Under the pieces are notes generated by a model, which did no database searches, had not been told where the DNA came from, and was given only the letters and a program-made list of their open reading frames with translations. The translations under genes and the position numbers were made by a program. A stretch of DNA of 64,000 nucleotides from Syntrophorhabdaceae bacterium (GTDB lineage: Bacteria; Desulfobacterota; Syntrophorhabdia; Syntrophorhabdales; Syntrophorhabdaceae), in the NCBI GenBank assembly GCA_963665295.1, contig OY762209.1:32001-96000 (forward strand). The letters are read 5' to 3'. Below, piece after piece: positions 19,040-28,607 of the stretch. How positions within the stretch are numbered: the stretch's first letter is position 1; every line of letters starts with the position of its first letter.

Positions 19040-19384
19040 ACGGGAAAGAAATCTGCAAAAAAGCTGAACAAGCGGGCGGTGGTGGCCCTGGTGGCCTTGA
19101 TTTCCGGTATTGGCCTGCCTTTTAGCGGGTTTGCCGTTCACCTGCTCCATTCAAGCCTTCGCAACGGCCCTCGCCACTCCTGGATGGTTGCCCATGAGGT
19201 GCTCGGCGTAGCGTTCACGGTCAGCGCAATCTGGCACATCATTCTTAACCACAAGGCACTGGCCAACCATATCCGGGGTTCGGCAGGGCGGGTTGCCGGC
19301 ATGAGCCGGGAGGCGTTCTGGGCGGCCGCACTGGTAGGCATAATGCTGCTCGGGGCGCTCGGACACACCTTGTCTCCCCATTAA
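19040..19384 (+). CDS. DUF4405-like His-bearing membrane protein (start uncertain)
   Basis: SG...W...HE..G..F.....WH...N pattern; RBS AAGGAGG precedes an in-frame ACG. Confidence 0.7.
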   Translation, partial: TGKKSAKKLNKRAVVALVALISGIGLPFSGFAVHLLHSSLRNGPRHSWMVAHEVLGVAFTVSAIWHIILNHKALANHIRGSAGRVAGMSREAFWAAALVGIMLLGALGHTLSPH

Positions 19385-19414
19385 CCCATCCCGGACCTGT
19401 CCCAGGCGGCCGAC

Positions 19415-19443
19415 TTGACAACGAGAGGTGGTCGCACTACAAT
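19415..19443 (+). promoter_or_regulatory. Sigma70 promoter for the histidine kinase operon
   Basis: TTGACA-17-TACAAT. Confidence 0.7.
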
Positions 19444-19519
19444 CAGGTGTGATATTTTCGGGTAACTCAAACCGTTGGGGTCTATGGGGATTACTTTGCG
19501 TGAAAAACGGCGGGACTCT

Positions 19520-20965
19520 ATGAGGCCGACCATTTTTGTGCGCATGGTTATCGGATACCTTGGCGTCTTCATTCCGGTGGCGGCGCTGACCGTGTATGCC
19601 TTCTCGTCCCTTGCCTTATTCCGCAGCGGCACCGACAATATCCTCCGCATGGACAGCCGGATGAGGGACCTCGGCGAAAGCCTGTCGGATTCAATACTTG
19701 CCCAGACGCGGTACGAAAAAAAGTACCTTATTACGAGGGATAACGAGCTTTATGAACGGTTCCTTCTCCTCGAAAAGGATGTGAGCAGGCGGATCGGGGA
19801 AGGCATATCACTGGCGGATACCACACGGAAGAAGGATGCCCTGATCAGGATAAGGGATTACTATGACGTGTACAGAACCGTGTTCGACGATGAAGCAGCC
19901 CGTGCGGGGAAGGGCCGTCCTTCTCTCCCGGCGGAATACAGGGAGAGAAAAGAGAAGGCCGTTGACGGTATCCTGGGGGAACTCGGGAACCTGAAGCTCT
20001 TCACAGAAGAGGATACCCGGGAGAGAATGAGGCAGCTTGGGGAGTCCGGGGCAAGGATAAACAAGATCGCCGTAATGATGGGTGGAGGGTTCGTCCTCGC
20101 GGGGATCGTGATCTCCCTGTTCATTACCCGGAGTATCACCCGGCCCCTGTTTCGCATGAGCGAAAAAACGAGGCAAGTCGCGGGAGGCGATTTCGGGCCG
20201 CCTCTCGATCTTTCGTCTCCTCCGGAGATGAAGGAACTGGCGGAAGATTTCAACCTTATGTGTATGCGGCTCAATGAAACGGACAAGATGAAGTCCGACT
20301 TCTTCTCCCTCATGGCCCACGAGCTGCGTATGCCCCTCGCTTCCATCAAGGAGGGAACCAGCCTTCTGCTGAACGGCATAGGGGAAGAATTTCCGGAGAA
20401 AAGGAGGGAGGTCCTCACCATCATAGCGGAGGAGAGCATCCACCTTATCGATCTCACCAATTCCCTGCTGGACCTCTCGAAAATGGAAGCGGGCATGATG
20501 ACCCTGGATTTGCAGCCGACAGAAATGGAGCCCCTCATCCGCAAGGCCGCGGCAGGCCTGGAGCCTCTGGCCATGGCGAAAAAAGTAGGCATTCACATAG
20601 GGATAACCGGGGGTTTACCCCCAATCACCATGGACAAGGGGCGAATCGCCCAGGTCCTTGGAAATCTCCTGGGCAATGCGGTAAAATTTACGCCGGAGGG
20701 AGGGGATGTCACGATCTCGGCCCAATCCGTTGAAGGTGGGGTAAGGGTCTCGGTGACGGACACGGGGCCCGGTATAGCCGAAGCTGATCTGACCACCATA
20801 TTCGATAAATTTCAGCAGGCCGCCGTGACGAAGTATAATAAGATCAAAGGAACGGGAATGGGTCTGGCCATTGTCAAACATATCATAAATGCTCATGGAG
20901 GTAAGGTTTGGGTAGAAAGCGAACCGGGGCGCGGAAGTGCCTTTATCTTCTTGTTGCCTGCATAA
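19520..20965 (+). CDS. Sensor histidine kinase (periplasmic helical domain, HAMP, HisKA, HATPase), GlrK/QseE-like
   Basis: AHELRMPL, NLLGNAVKF, DTGPGI, GTGMGLAI. Confidence 0.95.
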   Translation: MRPTIFVRMVIGYLGVFIPVAALTVYAFSSLALFRSGTDNILRMDSRMRDLGESLSDSILAQTRYEKKYLITRDNELYERFLLLEKDVSRRIGEGISLADTTRKKDALIRIRDYYDVYRTVFDDEAARAGKGRPSLPAEYRERKEKAVDGILGELGNLKLFTEEDTRERMRQLGESGARINKIAVMMGGGFVLAGIVISLFITRSITRPLFRMSEKTRQVAGGDFGPPLDLSSPPEMKELAEDFNLMCMRLNETDKMKSDFFSLMAHELRMPLASIKEGTSLLLNGIGEEFPEKRREVLTIIAEESIHLIDLTNSLLDLSKMEAGMMTLDLQPTEMEPLIRKAAAGLEPLAMAKKVGIHIGITGGLPPITMDKGRIAQVLGNLLGNAVKFTPEGGDVTISAQSVEGGVRVSVTDTGPGIAEADLTTIFDKFQQAAVTKYNKIKGTGMGLAIVKHIINAHGGKVWVESEPGRGSAFIFLLPA

Positions 20966-21396
20966 TCTTCCTGTCTCCCGCAGGCTGCGCCACCCTGAAA
21001 GGGATGGGGGCAAAGAGGACCGCCCATGGTCACCTCGCCACGGCAGAGAGGCTCTTTGACCGGGGAGATTATGAGGGGGCACTGAAAGAGGATCAAATCG
21101 CCCTGTCCCTGTCTCCCGATACCCCTCCCGGAGATGAGGCCCTTTTTCACGAGGGACTCATCTATGCCCATCCCGCATATCGCAGGAGAGACAACCAGAA
21201 ATCCCTCGACTGCATGAGGAGGCTGGTGAAGGGTTTTCCCGGGAGCCCCCTTGCCGGACAGGCCAGAATATGGATAGGCGTCCTCCAGGAGAATGAGAGA
21301 TTGAAGAGGGAGACTCACGACCTGACCACGACAATCAGGAAATCGAAGCAAGTGGACATCGAGGTGGATGAAAAAAGGAGGGAGCTTTCACGGTGA
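20908..21396 (+). CDS. TPR/coiled-coil lipoprotein between kinase and regulator, QseG/YfhG-like
   Basis: PAGC lipobox-like motif, TPR-like helices, C-terminal K.VDIEVDEKRR. Confidence 0.75.
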   Translation: MGRKRTGARKCLYLLVACIIFLSPAGCATLKGMGAKRTAHGHLATAERLFDRGDYEGALKEDQIALSLSPDTPPGDEALFHEGLIYAHPAYRRRDNQKSLDCMRRLVKGFPGSPLAGQARIWIGVLQENERLKRETHDLTTTIRKSKQVDIEVDEKRRELSR

Positions 21397-22778
21397 CGAC
21401 TGCCCGGCCCCGGACGAAGATACTGGTGGTGGATGATGACGGCAACTTCCTGAAGCTCATCAGGATGAGGCTGGAACTGGCGGGCTATGAGGCGACGTGC
21501 GCCCCCGACGAAGACGACGCCTTGCGCCTTGCCAGGGAAGAGGTCTTCGATGTCTCCATCGTTGATCTCAGACTCGTCCGTATTGATGGGATCTCCCTGA
21601 TGGAGCAGTTGCACGCCATCAACCCTTATGTTCCCATCATCATCCTTACCGCCCACGGGAGTATCGAAAGCGCGGTGGAGGCCATGAAGAAGGGGGCCTT
21701 TAATTTCCTCAACAAACCTTTCGAACCCGAGGAACTGCTCCTGCAAATTGAAAAAGCGCTGGAGAACCGGAGACTCGTCTTCGAGGTGAAAAGGCTCGAA
21801 GGGCTTTTGGAGGAAAAATATAATTTCAAAAACCTCGTGGCGCGTAGCGTTAAGATGCAGGAGGTTCTCGACGTAGTATCCCGTATCGCGGGGACCGATT
21901 CGACCGTCTATATCTCGGGAGAGAGCGGCACAGGGAAGGAAGTGATTGCAAAGGCTATCCACCTCGCCGGAGGAAGAAGGGGCAAGCCCTTCGTGGCGGT
22001 AAACTGCGCCGCAATCCCGGAAGCGCTTATGGAAAGCGAATTTTTCGGCCACGAGAAAGGAGCGTTCACCGATGCCAAGAGGAGTTATGACGGACTGTTT
22101 GCCCGGTCCCATGAGGGAACCATCTTTCTCGATGAGATCGGGGACATGCCCCTCTCTTTGCAGGCAAAGCTTCTGAGGGTGCTCCAGGAAAGGCAGTTTA
22201 CTCCCCTCGGCAGCGCCAGACCGGTGGATGTTGACGTGAGGGTGATCGTGGCCACCAACAAGGACCTGGAGGCGGAAGTGAGGAATGGCTCTTTCCGGGA
22301 GGACCTGTTCTACCGGATCCATGTCGTGCCCATCGAACTTCCTCCCTTGAGGGAAAGGAAAGAGGACGTGCCCCCTCTCGCGGAACATTTCCTGAAGGAG
22401 ACAAGCCGGAGGATGAAGAAAGACATAAAAGGCATCTCCGTCACGGCCATGCAGAGACTCATGCTCTATGACTGGCCGGGAAACGTGCGGGAACTGGAGA
22501 ATACCATCGAACGCGCGGTGGCCCTCACGCGGCATGACGTGATCGGGGAGGAGATTATCCTCCCTGCAAAAGACCTTCCCGGGGAGCAGTTGAAGCCGCT
22601 CAAAGAGGCAGTGGATGAGTTTAAGAGGGGATACGTCATGCGACTCCTCCAATTGACCAAAGGCAACGTGAGCAAAGCGGCGGAACTGGCAGGGAAATAC
22701 AGGGCCGACTTTTACAACCTCGTCAAGAAACACAAGCTCACGCCGAAGGATTTCAAGGATCCCGATAAAGAAAACTAG
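21393..22778 (+). CDS. Sigma54-dependent response regulator (REC-AAA-Fis HTH), GlrR/QseF-like
   Basis: VVDDD, GESGTGKE, GAFTDA, FLDEIG, WPGNVREL, GNVSKAAELAG. Confidence 0.95.
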   Translation: MTTARPRTKILVVDDDGNFLKLIRMRLELAGYEATCAPDEDDALRLAREEVFDVSIVDLRLVRIDGISLMEQLHAINPYVPIIILTAHGSIESAVEAMKKGAFNFLNKPFEPEELLLQIEKALENRRLVFEVKRLEGLLEEKYNFKNLVARSVKMQEVLDVVSRIAGTDSTVYISGESGTGKEVIAKAIHLAGGRRGKPFVAVNCAAIPEALMESEFFGHEKGAFTDAKRSYDGLFARSHEGTIFLDEIGDMPLSLQAKLLRVLQERQFTPLGSARPVDVDVRVIVATNKDLEAEVRNGSFREDLFYRIHVVPIELPPLRERKEDVPPLAEHFLKETSRRMKKDIKGISVTAMQRLMLYDWPGNVRELENTIERAVALTRHDVIGEEIILPAKDLPGEQLKPLKEAVDEFKRGYVMRLLQLTKGNVSKAAELAGKYRADFYNLVKKHKLTPKDFKDPDKEN

Positions 22779-22819
22779 TCACGGGCTGTACCGATTTTCC
22801 TGAAAACCAAATTACCTGC

Positions 22820-22939
22820 TGTATGAAAAACCATATAGAGAGACCTCCGTCCCGAAGCGGGACCGCCAACCAATAGACCCGCCTCTTCCTTTAATATCAG
22901 ATCGTTAGAAACAAAGTGTCTTTCCGGCACATGATTTGC
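22820..22939 (+). promoter_or_regulatory. Sigma54 promoter with IHF-like site and enhancer-like TGTA-N10-TATA
   Basis: CGGCACATGATTTGC at 22925-22939; TATCAGATCGTTA at 22895-22907; TGTA-N10-TATA at 22820-22837. Confidence 0.75.
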
Positions 22940-22979
22940 GTCACCCCCGTGGGGACACGATTGAACAAGGAGGAAAGTT

Positions 22980-23687
22980 ATGGATGACCGGTACCGAGTG
23001 ACACAACCAGATGAAGGCCTTTCAGGGCTCCGCCGGATCACCGTGGATTTGGATATCTATTTTGGAAGGGTCTCCGAAGTGGTGGCGGAATACAAGGCCG
23101 GCCACGGAGAGACGACGGACCATGACCCCATCGCCGTGTACGTCAGGGAGATGCTCGCCACCTCCGGGGCAGACCTGCAATCGGAGAAGGTCTCTCCCGG
23201 AGGTGGCGGGGCAAAGACCGATTGCGTCGAAATCCTCAATGCCAACCGTCTCATTGAGGATGTAGTGACGGCGCTGCAGAGGATGGTGAAAGAAAGGGCG
23301 AGGCTCCAGGCCGAACCGGCGGACCGGGAGTTGCGGATCGTGGCAAACAGGGAGAAGATGGCCCGGGTCCTTGCGGGTATCGTGGCGTATGGAACGGGGA
23401 TCATCAAAAAAGGAGGGACCATAACGATTCTTGCGAAATTGCTCCCCCTGAAAAGCAGTCCCGGGGGCAAAGGAGGATGTGCCCTTCTCCAGGTAGGCTC
23501 GAACGACGTCGAAACCAACGAGCCCGGCCGGAGACCACGGCGCAGGGCAATATCAAAGGAGAGTGCCCGTCGCGCTTATTCTGTCATTCGCTCGATCATC
23601 GGTGAACATCACGGCGCGATCTCAGTCATGAGACGACCCGGCAAGGCCCGGTTCAATATTTACCTGCCCATCCTTCGCGGGGTGTGA
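22980..23687 (+). CDS. Degenerate HATPase_c-like protein without N/G boxes
   Basis: Aligns by eye to hybrid-kinase HATPase (GGTITI, EHHGAISV...PG...FNIYLP), but N-box Asn residues and G1/G2 glycine motifs are replaced; RBS AAGGAGG. Confidence 0.65.
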   Translation: MDDRYRVTQPDEGLSGLRRITVDLDIYFGRVSEVVAEYKAGHGETTDHDPIAVYVREMLATSGADLQSEKVSPGGGGAKTDCVEILNANRLIEDVVTALQRMVKERARLQAEPADRELRIVANREKMARVLAGIVAYGTGIIKKGGTITILAKLLPLKSSPGGKGGCALLQVGSNDVETNEPGRRPRRRAISKESARRAYSVIRSIIGEHHGAISVMRRPGKARFNIYLPILRGV

Positions 23688-23881
23688 GGCCGTTCTTGAC
23701 TACACCGAAGCCCTTCAAACAGGCCAGGGAGGATTTTGAGAGGGATTACCTCACCATGGTCCTCCGGGCGGCCGGGGGCAATGTGAGCAAGGCGGCGAAC
23801 CTGGCCGGAAAGTACCGGGCCGATTTCTGCGGACTCCTCAGGAAGTATGGTCTCAAACCGGGGCCGCTCAAAAAAGAGTGA
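23684..23881 (+). CDS. Stand-alone Fis-type HTH, near copy of the adjacent regulator's C-terminus
   Basis: GNVSKAANLAGKYRADF versus GNVSKAAELAGKYRADF; GTGA coupling to the upstream gene. Confidence 0.85.
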   Translation: MRPFLTTPKPFKQAREDFERDYLTMVLRAAGGNVSKAANLAGKYRADFCGLLRKYGLKPGPLKKE

Positions 23882-23960
23882 TGTATGGTTTCGCCTGCAC
23901 CGGCAATGGTGAGTGGTTTCAAGGACATACAGCCTCAGTCGTTTTTCTCGGGACGTCCGG

Positions 23961-24046
23961 TGTAAAGAAATCCATACACAGTGAGGTGTCTTTCTTCCGC
24001 GTAACCTTATCATTACAGCTAGTTAGGATGTGGGCACAGTTCTTGT
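23961..24046 (+). promoter_or_regulatory. Enhancer-like site plus variant sigma54 promoter
   Basis: TGTA-AAGAAATCCA-TACA at 23961-23978; IHF-like TACAGCTAGTTA; GGCACAGTTCTTGT at 24033-24046. Confidence 0.6.
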
Positions 24047-24083
24047 ATTTACCTGGGCAGCTTTCAGGAAAAGAGGTGTTGAG

Positions 24084-24323
24084 TTGAGACAGGTTCGGGT
24101 TTTCGTGGCAATGGCAGTGTTAGTCGTGATGGTAACCGGGTGCTCCCACATGTCCGCCACGCAACAGCGTGCGTTGAGCGGTGGGGCTATCGGAGCGGGC
24201 TCCGGGGCGCTTTTGACCGCCCTCGTGGGCGGGCCCGTTATCGTGGGAACCGCAATCGGGGCCGGGGTCGGAACCGTGGGCGGATTGATTTACGATGATG
24301 CGAAAAAAAGGGGATGCAAATGA
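24084..24323 (+). CDS. Glycine-zipper lipoprotein
   Basis: VTGC lipobox; GGAIGAGSGA...GTAIGAGVGTVGG. Confidence 0.85.
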   Translation: MRQVRVFVAMAVLVVMVTGCSHMSATQQRALSGGAIGAGSGALLTALVGGPVIVGTAIGAGVGTVGGLIYDDAKKRGCK

Positions 24324-24375
24324 TGGGCACGCTTCACAAAAAATGAACCTTATTGAAAACGGAAGGAGGTATGTG

Positions 24376-25278
24376 ATGAAAACAATCAAAGGCATTTTTA
24401 TCATGGCAGTTGCCCTCGTTATCCTGGGCGGGAGCATCGTGAGTGCGTCGGCTTTGGAATGGGTGTGGGACGATCCTTAAACGGTCTCCACAAAGGTTGC
24501 GCGAATCGCGGCAGGGGATGAATTGTACGGAATCGATCAGGCGGGAAATGTGTTTGCCCTCACCTTATCAACTACCGAACCGGGGGTTGCCGCTGTTGCA
24601 GGGCCGGTATCGCAGGTCCTCGACATCGGCGTCGGACCGGAGGAGGCCGTATTGGCGGTTATGGCGAACCTGATCGCAACATGGACCACCCCGTCCACCT
24701 TTACGCCCCTGCCCGAGCAGCCGAAGGTCCCCGTATCGCCGGGTTCCTATAAGGAGATCGCCGTAGGCAGCAATGGATACATCTACGTCCTCTTCGAGAA
24801 GCAGACGGGCGAGCAGTGCATTCTCAAGGGGCGCGGCATAAACGAAAACATGACGGTCCATTTTGACCCGAGAACCCTTGACCTCAAAAGCAAGGGGAAC
24901 TGGGTGCTCAGCAAGCTGAGCCTGCCCGCCGGCTACACCGCAAAGGACATCGATCCCGATTCCGTCGAAATAACGAGGCTCCAGGCAACGGTTTCCGGAG
25001 GCACACCTGTGGATGCGTCTGTGAGCATTTTTCGCGCGCCGGGATCGCCATCGAGCACGAGCAAAGACCATCTCGATGTACGGTTCCTTCGCTACGACAA
25101 GGGGAACCCGGGCAACCCCCAGTCTCTCAATGCGGTACTTACCGGCATTCTTCCTGCCCCCGGCGTGAAGAAGGTCGACTATGCGGTAACGGCAACCCTT
25201 CTTGCCCAACTGAAGACCACGGGCGAGTGGTTTGAAGGCACGGGCACTTTCAAAGTGACTGTCCACAAAGCGAAATAG
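24376..25278 (+). pseudogene. Secreted beta-rich protein interrupted by in-frame TAA at 24478-24480
   Basis: Signal peptide MKTIKGIF...SASA, and the 24523 ORF is in the same frame with open sequence between; C-terminal DPRTLDLKSKGNWV...DIDPDSV motif. Confidence 0.75.
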
Positions 25279-25294
25279 GGCAGCCCCCGCAAGG

Positions 25295-25330
25295 AAAGAG
25301 GGACCGCGTATTCTCCGTGGGTCCCTCTTT
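25295..25330 (+). terminator. Hairpin/terminator
   Basis: AAAGAGGGACC...GGTCCCTCTTT, 11-bp arms. Confidence 0.6.
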
Positions 25331-25659
25331 CTCCCACCCCGACGGCACTGAGCATGCCCCTGCGTCCTTCATAATTTTTCATAATCCCTTCGACAGCCTT
25401 TCACATTATTCCTTTAGAAAGAGTTTGTGTTGAAGGGCATCCGCGTCGAGAGCGAGAAACAGACCATTCGGGAGATTGCGGCACGTAACAACAAAGGGGG
25501 CGCCGATATCCTGGGCTTGATCTTCTGAGTGAGGCAATCCTGCAAGGGCGGGCAATGGTCCGGTCCTCCCCTCCCTCGCAGGATTGCCCTGAATTCGGAT
25601 ATAACGCTCACCCGTCCCGCGCCCCGGAAACGACGGACCTCTCCGGAAACGCAATGGGG

Positions 25660-27273
25660 TTACGTCCTGAAGCCGCTCACCGAATCCTCCAGCGTGACTG
25701 AGAGGCCGGAGAGTTCATGGGCGGCCTGGGTCAACTGTTCCGCGGCGTCGGAGGAATCCTTCGTGACATTTGCCACCTGTTCAATATCCTTTGCGATCTC
25801 ATCGGTGGTGGAATTCATTTCCTCTATGGCTGCGGCTATCTGCTGTACCATTGACTGGAGATCGGCGGAATTGTTCACGATCTCGTTGAGGGCGATGCCA
25901 GCCTCATTGGAGAATTCGACGCCGAGTTTCACGCTCCCGGAGGCCTCGCTCATGGACTGCACCGCCTTGTCGACGCCCGTCTTGACAGTGTTGATCATGC
26001 CGCCTATCTCCTGGGTGGACTTGGTGGTCCTCTCCGCGAGTTTCTTCACCTCGTCCGCGACAACGGCAAAGCCTCTGCCTGCCTCACCTGCCCTGGCTGC
26101 CTCGATTGCCGCGTTCAGGGCGAGGAGATTGGTCTGATCCGCAATGTCGTTGATAACGAGGACGATCTCTCCTATCTTCTCCGACTGGTGACCGAGTTCC
26201 TTCACGAAGTCGGAGGACTTGTTCACCGTCCTGGCGATCTCCTTTACCTTGCTCACCGATTTATTCACAATCCCGTTACCGTTCTTCGCAGTATGGACCA
26301 TCTCCTTGGCGGACTCGGATATGTTGTTCGCGTTCCTGGCGATGTCGAGGGATGCCTGGGACATCTCCTCGGACGCGGTGGATACCTGGATCGTCCTCTC
26401 CACCTGGGTTGAAGCGCCCCTTGCGAGCCGGTCGGCGCTCTCGTTCATCTCATGGCTCGCGGACGCGACCCTGGTGGCAGAGGACTTCACCTCGGTAATG
26501 AGGATTTTCCACTTTTCCACCATACCCTTGAATGCCTTCATCTCATCCCCGAACTCGTCCTTCCTGTCCACGGTAACATCTATGGAGAGATTCCCCTCTG
26601 CGAGGGTCTTCGCCGTCTCTATGCTTCTTCGGATGGGAGATGTAATGCTTCGGGTGATTGTCATGCTTACCAGGACGCCGAGGACGATGGCGACTATCGC
26701 GAATACCACCAATATGATCCACGCCTTGCGAATAGTGGTTTCTATTTCCTTGCGCTTCTCCTGAATGCCTTTTTCCTGAAAATCGGCCACTTCCTTCAAA
26801 ATAACCGCCCTGCGCGCCGAGGCAGGTACCATGACCGTGATATACAGTTGTACCGCCTCCTCGAAGTTGTTTTCATTAAAGGCCTTCATTATCTTGCCGA
26901 AAGCCCCTTTGCCGCCCGCCATGTCCGACATGAGCTTGTTGATGAGGTCTTTGCCCGCCTGGTCTGTTTCCAGGCTTTCGAGCTTCCCGAGGGCATCCAT
27001 GAGAACCTTTTCTCTATCGAGGATTCCGTCGAATGCCGACTTGTTCTTCGTCATTATACCGAGGCAGATCGCGTTTTCAATTGCCCGCACCGCAGTGTCT
27101 ATGGTGGTGGCCAGGGATGCTTTCCGGACATTGATGTCCAGGATTTCACTTACCCTGTTACCGACCTTGTTCATGCTCACAAAACTGATGGCAGAGGCAA
27201 CGATGACAATGAGGGTAAATACGGCGAATGCCCCCGCGAGTCTCTTACCGATGGGAATGTTCTTTAGGGCCAT
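25660..27273 (-). CDS. Methyl-accepting chemotaxis protein (4HB sensor, HAMP)
   Basis: [33 protein letters not shown]; two TM helices. Confidence 0.96.
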   Translation of the reverse strand: MALKNIPIGKRLAGAFAVFTLIVIVASAISFVSMNKVGNRVSEILDINVRKASLATTIDTAVRAIENAICLGIMTKNKSAFDGILDREKVLMDALGKLESLETDQAGKDLINKLMSDMAGGKGAFGKIMKAFNENNFEEAVQLYITVMVPASARRAVILKEVADFQEKGIQEKRKEIETTIRKAWIILVVFAIVAIVLGVLVSMTITRSITSPIRRSIETAKTLAEGNLSIDVTVDRKDEFGDEMKAFKGMVEKWKILITEVKSSATRVASASHEMNESADRLARGASTQVERTIQVSTASEEMSQASLDIARNANNISESAKEMVHTAKNGNGIVNKSVSKVKEIARTVNKSSDFVKELGHQSEKIGEIVLVINDIADQTNLLALNAAIEAARAGEAGRGFAVVADEVKKLAERTTKSTQEIGGMINTVKTGVDKAVQSMSEASGSVKLGVEFSNEAGIALNEIVNNSADLQSMVQQIAAAIEEMNSTTDEIAKDIEQVANVTKDSSDAAEQLTQAAHELSGLSVTLEDSVSGFRT

Positions 27274-27433
27274 ACAATCCTCCTCCTTCTTCTTCTCTTC
27301 ATATTTACTAACCGGTTACTAATTACTCGGACTGTAGATTTTATCGGTCCATCGGGAATATTCTTAAGTGACCGCGAGGAGACAAGTCTTAATCTCCGGG
27401 AGGAAGACGGAGATCCGAAGTCCTTTCTGCTTA

Positions 27434-27462
27434 TTGAATATATTCGGGGCGACGGGTATACT
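27434..27462 (+). promoter_or_regulatory. Sigma70 promoter
   Basis: TTGAAT-17-TATACT. Confidence 0.6.
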
Positions 27463-27542
27463 TACCTCGATTATTGCAGCCCATCACATCAAGGGTTGAA
27501 AGGTTAAAAGGTTTCGAGGACCACGGATATAGGCGGTGATGG

Positions 27543-28514
27543 TTGAAAAAGACACGTGTTTGCGATCTTTTCGGTGTTGACTATGCCCTCGTACAGGGTG
27601 GAATGCTCTGGCTTGCAGACGCCGGATTGGCGGCGGCCGTTTCAAACGCCGGTGCCATGGGCATCATAAGCCCGTATGCAGGAATGAAACAGGGCGGAGA
27701 TCCCGTGGAAAACCTTCGCTCCCAGATCGCCCGGGCAAGAGAATTGACGGACAAGCCCTTCGGCGTCAATATCCCCCTGGACTTGCCCTTGAGCGGCATC
27801 CTTGTGGATACCCTTTTTCGGGAAAAGGTCGGGGTGGTGGTGACCGCGGCGGGAAGTCCCGCCCTTTTCACGGAACTGCTCCACTCAGGCGGGGCAAAGG
27901 TTCTTCATGTGACGAGTTCCGTCAGGCAGGCGCAATTCGCCGAGTCCTGCAACGTGGACGCGGTGATTGCGGAAGGCGTGGAAGCGGGAGCCCGTTCAGG
28001 GTTCGACGAACTTGCCGCCTTCTCCTTGATCCCCCAGATCGCCGACGCGGTCTCGATACCGGTTATCGCCGCAGGCGGAGTCGTGGACGGGCGGGGGATT
28101 GCCGCAGCGATCGCGCTGGGGGCGGAGGGCGTGCAAATGGGCACGAGGTTCGTGGCGGTCAATGAGAGTATCGCGCACCCTAAATACAAAGAGGCCCTTA
28201 TTGCCGCCCTGGATACGGACACGGTGATGACGGCCCGCCAACTCGTACCCACGAGAAGCCTCAAGTCCGGGTTTACCATGAAGATGTGGGAACTGGAAAG
28301 GTCCGGCGCTTCCGCCGAACGGCTCCGGGAGGTCATGGGACGCGGCCGGGCAAGAAAGGCCCAGATAGACGGGGACCTGACCGAGGGGGACGCCTACGCC
28401 GGATCCTCCGTCGGTTTGATCAAGGATATCGTTCCCGTAGGGGCGCTGGTGCGGAGGCTGATAAGGGAGTATGAGGAAACCGTGGAAAGAATGGCGCATT
28501 TCTCCCGGCCTTGA
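27543..28514 (+). CDS. Nitronate monooxygenase/FabK-like flavoprotein
   Basis: QGGM, AAVSNAG, PFGVN, IPVIAAGG.VDGRG, VQMGTRF. Confidence 0.9.
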   Translation: MKKTRVCDLFGVDYALVQGGMLWLADAGLAAAVSNAGAMGIISPYAGMKQGGDPVENLRSQIARARELTDKPFGVNIPLDLPLSGILVDTLFREKVGVVVTAAGSPALFTELLHSGGAKVLHVTSSVRQAQFAESCNVDAVIAEGVEAGARSGFDELAAFSLIPQIADAVSIPVIAAGGVVDGRGIAAAIALGAEGVQMGTRFVAVNESIAHPKYKEALIAALDTDTVMTARQLVPTRSLKSGFTMKMWELERSGASAERLREVMGRGRARKAQIDGDLTEGDAYAGSSVGLIKDIVPVGALVRRLIREYEETVERMAHFSRP

Positions 28515-28607
28515 CTTTCCTTTTATATCCCTTTAAAAATGGTATATCATGATTTCAGGTCATGAAAGAGCGCAGCCGGTCTTAAGGCGGCTCCGGGAGA
28601 TCGTACT

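Noticed and set aside
21315..22733. Long antisense ORFs (also 28560-29921, 30286-31383, 41070-42164, 4357-5388)
   Set aside because: Shadow frames opposite well-supported genes in GC-rich DNA.
25406..25654. Short minus-strand ORFs downstream of the MCP gene
   Set aside because: No family motifs or clear RBS.
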